Source of the DNA: an uncultured Acidobacteriota bacterium
Lineage (GTDB): Bacteria > Acidobacteriota > Polarisedimenticolia > J045
Length of the DNA: 64,000 bases
Direction of reading: 5' to 3'
Assembly: GCA_963702425.1 (NCBI GenBank)
Contig: CAVPCQ010000033.1
Span: 1-64,000, forward strand
Shown in pieces: positions 30,505 to 41,495 of the stretch (position 1 is its first letter; each line of letters opens with the position of its first letter). The translations under genes were made by a program, and so were the position numbers. The notes under the pieces are model-generated. The model was given only the letters and a program-made list of their open reading frames with translations. It did no database searches and was not told where the DNA came from.

Positions 30505-31754
30505 ATGCCCGAGACCCTCGCCCTTCACGGCGGCACGCCGGTCCGCACCCGCCCCTGGCCGAAGTGGCCGACCTTCGACGCCTCCGACGAAAAGGCCCTG
30601 CTCGATGCGCTCCACGGCGGCGTGTGGGGCGTCGGCGGCCCGCGCGTCGGTGAGTTCGAGTGCAAGTACTCCGCGCTGCACGGCGCGCGCTTCGGCGTGG
30701 CCTGCTGCAACGGGACGATCGCGCTCGAGATCGCGCTGGTCGCCGCCGGCGTCAAGCCCGGAGACGAAGTCATCACCACCCCCTACACCTTCATGGCCAG
30801 CGCGATGGCGGTGGTCGAGATCGGCGCGGTGCCGGTCTTCGTCGACGTCGAACCGGGCACCCACAACCTCGACCCGCGCCTGATCGACGCCGCGGTCAGC
30901 GAGCGCACGACCTGCATCATGCCGGTCCACATCGGCGGCCGGCCGGCCGACCTGGACGGCGTGATGGCGGCGGCGAAGAAGCACGGCCTCGCCGTCGTCG
31001 AGGACGCCGCGCAGGGCTGGCTGGCGGCCTGGCGCGGGACGCCGGTCGGCGCGATCGGCAACGCCGGCATCTTCTCGTTCCAGTCGAGCAAGAACATCTC
31101 GTCGGGCGAGGGGGGCATCGTCCTCACCAACGACGAGGCGACCTTCCAGCGCGCCTGGAGCTACCACAACTGCGGCCGGCGGCTGGGCGGCGAGTGGTAC
31201 GCGCACGACTTCCCCGGCCTCAACCTGCGGCTGGGCGAGTTCCAGGCCGCGATCCTGCTGGCGATGCTCGAGCGCCTGCCGGCGCAGCAGGAGCGGCGCC
31301 GCGCGGCGATGGCGGTCCTGCAGCGCGAGATCGCCGAAGATCCCCGGCCTGCTGGTGCCCGACGACGACCCGCGGATCACCGCGCACGCCTGCCACATGT
31401 TCATGGTGCGGCTCGACCCTTCGGTGATCCCGTCCGACAAGGGGACCTTCATCAAGGCGCTGCACGCCGAGGGGATCCCCGCCAACCCGGGCTACACGAT
31501 GCCGCTCTACAAGCAGGGACTTTTCGCGTGGTATGGCGAGCGCCCGACGCACTGGGGCGGCCCGCAAGTGGAAGGACGCGATCCGCGTCCCGTACGCGAG
31601 CTACGACCTGCCGGTGACCCGGCAGCTCTGTGAGACGACGATCTGGGTCAAGCAGGAAACGCTGCTCGCCGGGCCAGAGGAGATGCCCGACGTCGTCGCG
31701 GCCTTCGCGAAAGTCGCCGCAGCGGCGCGCGCCGGCCGGCTGGCCGCGGCGTGA
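30505..31754 (+). CDS. DegT/DnrJ/EryC1/StrS PLP-dependent aminotransferase (frameshifted near 31335 and 31560)
   Basis: NGTIAL, GDEVIT, EDAAQ, FSFQSSKNISSGEGG. Confidence 0.9.
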
Positions 31755-31795
31755 GCGCGGCATGAGCCGCCGCGTGCACGCGGCGTGAGCGCGAC

Positions 31796-33200
31796 ATGAG
31801 CGAGCGCCCCGACGGCATCGCCCCCGCCGTCCCGTCGACGCCGATCGACAGCGCGGTCGTCGCCGCGGTCCGTCGCGGGCCGGACGGCTGGGAGCTGTTG
31901 CTCGGACTGCGCTCGCGCCGCTCGCGCTTCTTCCCGTCGCACTGGGCCTGCCCCGGCGGGCGTGTCGAGCCGGCAGACCGGCCCGACGACCCGGGCGCCT
32001 TCGCCCGCTGCGGCGCGCGCGAGCTGCTGGAGGAGACCGGCGTGCGCGTCGCGGCGGGGGACCTGCACCCGATCGGCGTGCGCACCACGCCGCCCTTCAT
32101 GAAGCTGCGCTACCACAGCCCGTTCTTCCTGGCCGTCGTGCCGCCCGGCACCGAGCCGCCCGGACTGCCTTCGCCCGACGAGATCGAGGAGCTGCGCTTC
32201 GTGCCGGCGCACGAAGCAGTCGCGCGCTGGGAAGCCGGCACGCTGCCCACGCCGCCGCCGCTGCCGCCGCTCTTCCGCAGCCTGGCCGCCGCGCCGTCGT
32301 CACTCGCGCCGCCCGCGCTGGCAGCGCACCTGCTCGCCGAGCACGTCGAGGATTCCGCGGCTCCGCGCTTCGAGGTCGCGCACGGCGTCTGGTTCTACCC
32401 GGTCGCGACCGCCACGCTTCCACCCGCGACGCACACCAACGTCTGGATGCCGGGCGGGGCGCGCTTCGTCGTGATCGACCCAGGCTGTGACGATCCGGCC
32501 GAGCTGGACGCCCTGCTCTCCGTGATCGCGCGGCGCCGCGCGCTGACCGGGTCTGCGCCGCACGCCGTCCTGCTGACGCACCACCACCGCGATCACGTCG
32601 CCGGCGCCGCCGCGGTGGCGCGCGCGCTGGGCGTGCCGGTGCTGGCGCACCCCGAGACGCTGGCGCGGGTCTAGCTCGGCGCGGAGACTCGCCGCGCGGC
32701 CGGAGCTGGTCGACGGCGCGCGGATCGACCTGGGCGGGATGTCGCTGGTCTCGCGCGCACACGCCGGGGCACGCGCCCGGCCACGTCGTGCTGGAGATCG
32801 AGGGCCGGTCGCTGCTGCTCGCGGGCGACCTGGTCAGCGGGATGTCGACGATCCTCATGCCGACCGGCTCGACGGGGACATGGGGGCGTACGTCGCCTCG
32901 CTGCGTCGGGCGCGCGAACTGCGCGCGACACGGCTGCTGCCGGCACATGGCCCGGTGCTCGACGGCGGCGCGCTGGCCCGCACGCTGGCCCACCGCGCGC
33001 AGCGCGAGGCGCAGGTGGCGCTGGCGCTCGGCCCGGCGCCGCTCCCGCTCGACGCCATCGCTCGCGAGGCCTACGCCGACACGCCGGACGCCCACCCGGT
33101 GCTGGCACGGATGCAGGCGCTGGCGCACCTCGTGCATCTCGAGCAGCGGGGCGAGGCGCGGCGGGCGGACCCGGAGGGCCGGGACTGGAGCGCGGTCTAG
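31796..33200 (+). CDS. NUDIX + metallo-beta-lactamase fold fusion (LACTB2-like C-terminus), frameshifted
   Basis: PGGRVE..ARELLEETG (Nudix box); TLPPATHTN, THHHRDH, HTPGHAPGH, AGD, LPAHG, AHLVHL. Confidence 0.82.
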
Positions 33201-33222
33201 GCTGGCGCACGGAGGGTCGCCG

Positions 33223-34261
33223 ATGGCAGGAAGTCGCGATCTCGACGAAGGCCCTCGACTGGCTGCTCGAGGACGAGCAGCCGTCGATCCGCTACCTGGC
33301 GCTGACCACGCTGCTCGGGAAGCCGGAGCGCGACCCTGCGGTGCGGACCGCGAAGGCGGCGATCCCGCAACGCGGCTGGGCGGCCGAGATCCTCGCGCGG
33401 CAGCACCCGGACGGGTGGTGGGACAACGAGAAAAGCCTTTACCGGCCCAAGTACCTCGCAACCAACTGGATGCTGCTCGTGCTGGCCGAGCTCGGGCTGA
33501 CGCGCGAGGAGCCCCGGATCGACGCGGCCTGCCGGCTCTGGATCCGCCGCTTCGCGCGCGCGGACGGCGGCTTCAACACCGACGACGCGTCGAAAAGCCA
33601 CCTCTGCGTCGCCGGCAACACCGCACGCGCCCTGGTCCAGTTCGGCTACGTCGACCACCCGAAGGTCGAGAGCGCCTTCCGGTGGCTCGCCTCGAGCGCG
33701 GACCGACACGGCGGCTGGAACTGCTTCGGCAAGGGACGCAACCTCGACAGTTGGGAAGCGATGAGCGCTTTCGCGGTCTACCCCCGCGAGCGCTGGACCG
33801 CGGCGATGTCGCGCGCGGTCGAGCGCGGTGCGGAGTACTTCCTGTCGAAGGCGCTGCACCGGCAGGGCGCCCGCTACGAGCCCTGGTTCCGGCTGCACGA
33901 CCCGGTCCACTACTACTACGACCTGCTGGTCGGGCTCGAGTTCATGACCGCGCTCGGCTACGGCGGCGACCCGCGGCTCGGGGACGCGCTCGCCTGGCTC
34001 CGCGGCCGGCAGCGGCGCGACGGGCGCTTTCCGCTCGACGCGGTCCACCCCGACCTCGAAGGGGCGATGCTGGCCTGGTACGCTCGCAACCCGCGGCGCA
34101 CGCCGCTGCCCTTCGCGCTGGAGCGGCCGGGCAAGCCGAGCCGGATGGTCACGCTGCGCGCGCTGCGCGTCCTGCAGCGGGTGGACGGGCCTGGGGCTGA
34201 CGGACGGCGCCGCGGGCCTGGAACGGTTCACGCGCGTCGCGCCCTGACCGCGCCGGCGTAG
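33223..34261 (+). CDS. Prenyltransferase/squalene-oxidase-repeat-like (alpha/alpha barrel) protein
   Basis: ALDWLLED..SIRYLAL, QHPDGWW, ADRHGGWNC, YYYDLLVGL, QRRDGRF; start uncertain because of a probable frameshift. Confidence 0.65.
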
Positions 34262-34270
34262 AATCCCGGC

Positions 34271-37200
34271 ATGACTTCCGGGGGAGAGCGCGGGCCGCGC
34301 GTGATCGTCGGGCGCGGACCGCGCGCGGTCGAGCGGCGGCTGATCGAGACGCTGCGCCCGCTCGTCGACGAGGCCCACCGCGACCCGGCGCTGCTCGCCC
34401 GCCCCGTCCTGCTGATCGTCGCCTCCGGCACGCTGCGCCGGCACCTCGCGCGCGTGCTCGCCCGGGAGCTGGGGCCGACGCTGCTCGGCCTGCGGATCCA
34501 GACGCTCTGGGCGGTGGCGCGCGAGATCCTCGAGCGCGCCGGCGAGCGCGCTCCCGCCGACGGCGGCTTCTTCGAGATTCTCGTGCGGCGCGAGGCGGCG
34601 AAGCACGAGGCGCTGGTCGAGCGGCTCGGCGGGCTGGAGGACGGCTACGCCGCGGTCGCGGCTTCGGTCCGCGACTCGACAGCGCGGGGCTCGACGCGGC
34701 GACGCTGGACGCCGCGCTCGAGGCGATCCCGGGCGGCGCCCGCCGCACGCCGGAGGCGCGGCGCACCGCGGCAGTGCTGCGCACCGCGATCGGGACCGCC
34801 GCCGCGATGCGCGCGCTGGGCCTCGGCCGCCCGGCCGACGCGCTGCGCCGCGCGGCGGCGCTGCTCGCGGAGCAGGGCCCCGGCGCGCTGCCCGCCCGCG
34901 CGCTCCTCGTCCACGGCTTCGCCGACGCCACCGGGGCCGCGACGACGCTGCTGCGCGCGCTGCTCGCGCTTCCCACAGCGACGCTGCTGCTCGACGAGCC
35001 GCCGGACCCGGCGCGCGACGACGGCGCGCCCGACCCGGGCAACGCCTTCCGCGAGCAGTTCGAGACGCGGCTGGGGCTGACGGGCTTGCCGCGCGAGCGG
35101 GCCGAGGGGGGCGGCGCGGCGACGCTGGAGCTCTTCCACGCCGCCGGCCGCGACGCCGAGGCGCGCGAGATCGCGCACCGGATCCGCGAGCTGCTGCACC
35201 CGCCGTCCGGTCGGCCGCCGGTCCCCGAACGGATCGGCGTCGTCGTCCGCAGCCTCGACGGCTGGGAGCTTCCCTTCCGGCGCTGGTTCGAGCGGCTCGG
35301 CGTGCCGTTCTCGGGCGGCGACGAGCCGAGAGGGCTGCGGCCGGAGGCACGGCGGCTGCAGGCGCTGCTCGTCGTGATCGAGCTCGGCGGCCTCACGCCG
35401 GTCGACACATGGCTCGATGCGCGGGGCCGCTCGCCGCATGACCTCCGACTCGCCCTCCGCGCGCTCGGCGTGGCCCGTCTCGGTGACGCGGCGCGCGTCG
35501 ATCTCGACGCGGTCCTCGATCATGCCGGCTACTACCGCCTGCCCGTGCGGGTCTCTGCGGTAGTCTCGGTCAGGGAGGAGAACGGCGAGCAGCGAGACGT
35601 GGCGAACGGCGATCCGGCCGAGCTGGAGCCAGAGACCGACGCGGCGACTCTCGGGACCCGGGCCCGCCTCGTCGCAGGGACCGTGCTGCGCGCAGCGCTC
35701 GACGGCTCGCGCGACCTGGCCGCGCAGCTCGCGGCCTGGCCCGAGCGCGCGCGCCTGGAGCAGTTCCTGGACCGGGCGAGCGCATTCGGTGCGTCGCTGC
35801 TGGCCGGCGACGCAGCCGCGGCGGCGGGCTGGGCGGGCTCGTGCGAAGCGCTCCGCGCGGAGGGCGCCCCGGCCGAGCCGCTCACCCGCGAGGAGTTCCT
35901 GCGACTGCTGCGGCCGGCGGTGGAACGAGCCGTGCGCCGCCGGCTGGGCGGCTCCGGCGGCGGCGTGCAGTTGCTCGACGTCGCGCGCGCCCGCGGCCTG
36001 ACTTTCGAGCACCTCTTCCTCGCCGGCGTCAACCGCGGGATCTTCCCGCGGCTCGTGAGCGAGGACCCGTTGCTCCCGGACGCGACGCGGCAAGGCCTCT
36101 CCGACGCGCTTCCCAACCTCCCGGAGAAGTCCTCCGGCATGGACGAGGAGCGGTTTCTCCTCGCGCAGCTCGCCGCCGCGGCGCCGTCCGTGACGATCTC
36201 CTGGCAGCGCGCTGACGAGGACGGCAAGGTGCAGAACCACTCGCCGTTTCTCTGTCGCCTGCAGCTCGAACGGCCCGCCCTCGCCGCCGAATCGATCCCG
36301 CGGATGCGCAGTGAAGCCCTGGCGTTCTCGCGGCGGCGCGGCCGCCCGCTCACCGTCTCCGAGCAGCTGCAGCGTGCGGGGCTGGAGGGCCGAATCGACC
36401 TGTTCGAGCATCTCGCCCCGCTGGCCTGGCGCGACGCCGAGCGCTTTCTCGCCGCAGCCGCCGGCGCGCTTTCCGGGCTTGATCTCGACGCACTCGCCCG
36501 CGCGCGGAGGCGCGTGCTGGAGGAGTGGGACGCCCCGCCGCACAGCCGAGGCGCGAGCCCCTATTTCGGCTGGTTGGCGCCCGGCGCGGGGGGGCCCGCG
36601 TTCGCCGACGACGAGCTGTGGGTGACGGCCGTGGAGCGGCTTGCCCGCTGCCCGTGGAAGGCGTTCCTCGAGCGATCGCTCGGACTCACGCCGCCACCCG
36701 ACCCGCGTGCCGCCGTCCCCGAGCCCGACCCTCTCGTCCTCGGCAGCGTGGTCCACGGCACGCTGCACCGCCTCGCCGTCGAACAGCGGGCCGGTCTCCC
36801 CGCCACCCTCGACGCACTCGCAGCGCTCGAACCGGTTGCGTGGGCGCGGCCGTCGGCCGATCGGGTGCGGTCCGTGGCGCACGAGGTCGCGGGCGGCGTC
36901 GCGCGCGAGGCCGGGATCACGCTTCCCGGGCTGGTCGACGGCCTGACCCGTCGCGCGGTGCCGTTCGTGGTCCGGGCGCTGGACCGGGACTGGGCGGGAG
37001 CGCGCGCCGAGGCGCTGGGCTCCGAGGTCGCAGGCACCGCCACGCTCGCGCGGCCCGGCGCAACGCCTCTGGTGCTGCGATTCCGGGCCGACCGCGTCGA
37101 CCGCTGCGCCGAGGATGGCGCACTGGTCCTGACGGACTACAAGACCGGGAGTCTCCCCATCGAGGGGCGCACGCCGGAAACCCGCCGCAAGAACCTGGCG

Positions 37201-37626
37201 CGCACCGTGCGACGGGGCGTTCTGCTCCAGGCTGCGGCCTACGCCGCGGCGGATGTCGCGGGCACCAAGGTCGGCCGCTACCTCAGCCTGAAAGACCTCG
37301 ACGACGAGCGAGAATCCGAAGCGACCATCGCCTCCGACGACGCGCAGTTCGCCGAGGGACTGCCGCGCGCCGTCACGGCGCTGCTCGGGGCAGCGCGCGC
37401 CGGCGCCTACTTCCCGCGCCTCGCGGAACTCGATGCCGACAAGAACCCCGCCTGCCGGAACTGCGACGTCCGCTCCGCCTGCGTGCTGGACGATAGCGGC
37501 ATGAAGCGTCGCTGGCGCGAGGCCGTCAGGACCGCGGTCGCGGGGGCGGAGGCCGAGGCCGCACTCGACCCGCGCGAAGCCGCGCTGATCGCGGTGCTGC
37601 AGCTCGGCGACGGGGACGCGCCGTGA
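34271..37626 (+). CDS. addB: AddB-like inactive helicase / PD-(D/E)XK nuclease subunit (frameshift near 34680)
   Basis: ARGLTFEHLFLAGVNRGIFP, EERFL, ARCP, RADRVD..TDYKTG, Q...Y, CRNCDVRSAC Fe-S cysteines; directly upstream of addA. Confidence 0.78.
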
Positions 37627-40600
37627 CGGCGGCCGACCTCGCCCGGGCCCGAGACGACGACGCGCGCGCGCGCGCCGTCGCGCGGAGCGAGTTCAGGCAG
37701 CCGCTGCTGCTCGACGCCGGAGCCGGGACCGGCAAGACGACCGCCGTCGCGGCGCGGATCGTCGCCTGGCTCCTCGGCCCGGGCTGGGAGCGGGCGGCGG
37801 CCGAACTCGCGACGAAAGGCGCGGCCGCCGATCCGGACCCGATTGCGCAGCGAGCGGTCGAGCGCGTCGTCGCGATCACCTTCACCGACCGCGCCACGGC
37901 GGAGATGGCGCAGCGGGTCGCCTCGACACTGGCCGCCGTGCACCGCGGTGAGGACGCGACCGGCCTGCGGCTCACGGACCTTCCGGGCCCGGATGAGCAG
38001 CGCCGGGAGCGCGCGGCCGCCCTGCTCGCGGCGCAGGACCGGCTCGCCGTCTCGACGATCCACGCCTTCTGCCGCCGCCTGCTGGCGGCGCACGCGCTCG
38101 AGGCGGGGCTGCACCCGGCCTTCGAGGTCGACGCCGAAGGGGATCTGCTCGCCGGCGTGGTCGACGATGTGTTGGCTCGCCGCGTACCCGAGGCGCTCGG
38201 TGCGCCTGCCCACGAGGACTGGGTGGAACTCGCCGCGCGTGGCCATGGTCCTGCGGCGATCGCCGAGGCCCTGCTGGAACTGGCGGCGGAGGCGACCCCG
38301 CCCGAGGCGCTCGACGACGACCCTCTCGCGGATGCGCGAGCACGAGCCGTTGCCCGGGAGTTGGGGGAGACCGCGGCGAGGGTCGCGGACATCGTGCGGG
38401 AGCCGCTGGCCGACCGCCGCGCCGGCGGGCTGAGCGTACCCCTCGCGGCGCGCGATGCGCTCGACCGAGCCGCCGCGGCGGCGGCGCGCGTCTCGACGGC
38501 CGGCGAACTGCGCGAGTTCGCGGCGGCCCTCGCTGGCGAGGCGCTCAAGAAGCTGAAGGAGTGGTCCGCGCCGAGCCGGATCACCGGCAAGGCCGAGTCC
38601 GCCCTGCTCGCTCCCGTCGCCGCCGACCTCGCCCCGGCCGCCGCCGCGCTGCGCGGCCTCTTGAAATCGCTCGGGGATCTCGACCCCGACCTGCTCGCCC
38701 CGGCCCGTCGCGTGCTGCGCGCGCTGCTGGCCGAGGTCACCGCCGAGCTGCGCCGCCGCGGCATCGCGACCTTCGCGTCGCTGATCCGGGACGCCGAGGC
38801 GCTGCTGCGCGAGCGCGCGGTGGCGGCCGCGGTCCGCGCCGGGATCGACCAGCTGATCGTCGACGAGTTCCAGGACACGGACGATGTGCAGTGCGCGATC
38901 GTTCGGCACCTGGCACTCGAGGGGCCGCTCGACCAACGCCCCGGCCTGATGCTGGTCGGCGACCCCAAGCAATCGATCTACGGTTGGCGCAACGCCAGCC
39001 TGGCCGCCTACTACGGCTTCGGGCACGAACTGGAGGCCAGCGGCGGCGCGCGCCTGCGGTTATCGGTCAACTTCCGCTCGCAGCCGGCGATCCTCGACGA
39101 GGTGGCGCGGATCGCGCGCCCGCTGTTGGTCGAGGACGGCGACCGGCAGGCCCCGTTCCAGCTGCTGGTCCCGGAGCGTGGCCCCGCCGAGGGAGCGCGC
39201 CCGCCGGTCGAGTACTGGGTTTCGTGGCCGCGCGATCGCTTCGAGGCCGGCGACGCGACCGGCACCGACGACGCGCGCGAGGCGGAGGCCCACGCGATCG
39301 CGTCGGAGATCGCCGCGCTGCGCTCCGAGGGTACGGAGCTGGGCCGGATCGCCATCCTCTTCCGGGCCTCGACCGCGCTGGAGACCTATCTCGAGGCGCT
39401 GCGCGCGCACGGCCTTCCGTTCGTCGTCGAGCGCGAGCGCAGCTACTACCGGCGCCGTGAGGTCCTGGACGCCGCCTCCCTGGTTCGCGCGATCGCCGAT
39501 CCCCTCGACGCGCTGGCCCTGGTCGCGTTCCTGCGCTCGCCGTGGGCCGGGCTGCCCGACGCCGCACTTCCCGGGCTCTGGAACCGTCTCGTCGTAGACG
39601 AACTTCAGCGGCTCGAGCGGCCCGACCCCGAGGCCTTCGCGCGCCTCGACGCGGCGCTCGACGAGATCGCGAGCGACGTTGCGCGCGCCAGGATCCCGGG
39701 GCTGGAGCGGATCGCGGACTGGCCCGTCGCCGCGAAGGCTGCGATTCGGACCCTCGTCTCGCTGCGGCGCGCGTTGGCCGAGGAACCCGCCGACCGATTC
39801 GTCGAGGCGCTCGCGGCACTCGTGCTGCCCGGGGAAACCGCAGCCGCGCGCTACCTGGGGCCGTTCCGGCTCGCCAATCTGGAGCTTTTCCTCAGGCGGC
39901 TCCTGGAGGGCCTCTCCGGTCCTGAAGGGACCCAGGGCGTGCTCCGCGAGCTGCGCGGCGGCGTCGCGGAGGGTCGCGAGGCGCGCGAGGGCGCACCGGG
40001 CGACGACACGCTCGACGCGGTGCGCGTCCTGACGATCCACAAGGCCAAGGGGCTCGATTTCGACCACGTCTTCGTCGCTGACCTGCACCACGGCTCGGGC
40101 ACCCGCGGGGGGCGGGAGAACCGCGCGGCCCGGCGTGCGGACGGCGGGTGGAACCTCCGCCTGTTCGGCGCCCCGGGGCTCGGCTATCACGAGGTCGAGC
40201 GCGCGGACGCCGAGATCTCGCGGGCCGAACTGGTCCGCACACTGTACGTCGCGACGACGCGGGCGCGCGCGCGGATGGTGCTGGCGGGCGCCTGGCCGGG
40301 TCACGGTTTCGGACCGAAGCCTCCTCCGGGTCCGCTGCTCGGACTACTCGCGCAGCGCGAGGGGGGCGACGCGCTGCAGGCGCTGATCGCAGGCGGCGGA
40401 GAGGCGCTTGACGCGCACGGCGTGCCGTGGCGGATCCTGCCCGCGGTCGATCTCGCGGCGCTCCGAGCCGTCGCGCGCAGCGCCCGCGGAGGCCGAGACC
40501 GCAATCCGGGCCGCCGAGCACGACGCGAGCCGCCTCGCGGCCTCCTGCCAGGCCGCCGCCGCCCGCTCCGCGCGCCCCGCGACCGACACTCCTTCCGGCG

Positions 40601-41239
40601 CCGCGCACGCCGCTGCTCGCGCGCGGCGCGACGGCGAGGAGGAGTCCGGACCGAGCCCGACCTCGCGCCGCGTACCGGGCCCGCGCCCGCGCGAACTCCG
40701 CCTCGCCGTCGGCACCGCGATCCACCGCGCTCTCGAGTCCTGGGACCTCGAGGCCGACCCGGCGGCGGAGCGCGCGCGCCAGCGCGCGCGTCTCGGCAAG
40801 GTACCTGCCGACCGAACTCCCCCCCGCGCTCCGCGACCGCGCCCGCGCCGAGGTCGAGGCGCTGTTCGACCGGATGGCCGGGAACGGCGCGCTCGCCGCC
40901 TTCGCCGCGCTTCGCGGCCGCGTGCTGGGGCGCGAGGTCCCGCTGCTCGCCGCGCGGCGCCCGACGGCGACGGCGATGACCAGCCGACCGGCGCCTGGGT
41001 CGGCACGATCGACCTGCTCTACCGCGCCGAGGACGGCGCGCTGGTCGTCGCCGACTACAAGACCGATGCGCTCCCGCACGACGGACGCGGCCGACTTGCC
41101 GGCCGCGCTCGCCGCCGCCGTCGCGCGGCACCGCCCGCAGCTCGCGCGCTACGTCGAGTCGCTGAGAGCGATCTTCCCCGACCCGCCGCCGCGGGCCGAG
41201 CTGTGGTTCCTGGCCGCGGGCCGGGTGGTGCGGGCCTGA
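37623..41239 (+). CDS. addA: AddA-like UvrD-family helicase-nuclease (several frameshifts in the 3' part)
   Basis: AGAGTGKT, ITFT, TIHAF, DEFQD, VGDPKQSIY, NFRS, TIHKAKGL, LYVATTRA; C-terminal GTIDLL..VADYKT. Confidence 0.85.
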
Positions 41240-41450
41240 GGCGCTGGCCGCGCGGCACGCGCTGCCGCGGGTCCCGGCGGCGTCTCACGACGAGGTGCTG
41301 GCGCTGATCGAGGGCCGCGGACTGGCCGGCTCGGGGATCGGCTGGGTGGACGCTTACCTGCTCGCCTCGACCCTCGTCGCCCGGACGACGCGCTGGACGC
41401 TCGAGCAGCGGCTCGTTGCCGTTGCGGCGCGACTCGGGATCGCCGCTCCG
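41240..41450 (+). pseudogene. C-terminal fragment of a VapC/PIN-domain toxin
   Basis: LPRVPAASHDEVLALIEGRGLAGSGIGWVDAYLLASTL..WTLEQRL matches the PIN C-terminal half; no N-terminal half or antitoxin. Confidence 0.65.
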
Positions 41451-41495
41451 GGCCAGCCCGACGCCGACAGCCCGTTTTTCGCTATCCTCCCCTCC

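Noticed and set aside
34271-41239. Helicase-nuclease pair as a novel defence system
   Set aside because: Motif order, Fe-S cysteines and the B-then-A arrangement fit housekeeping AddAB
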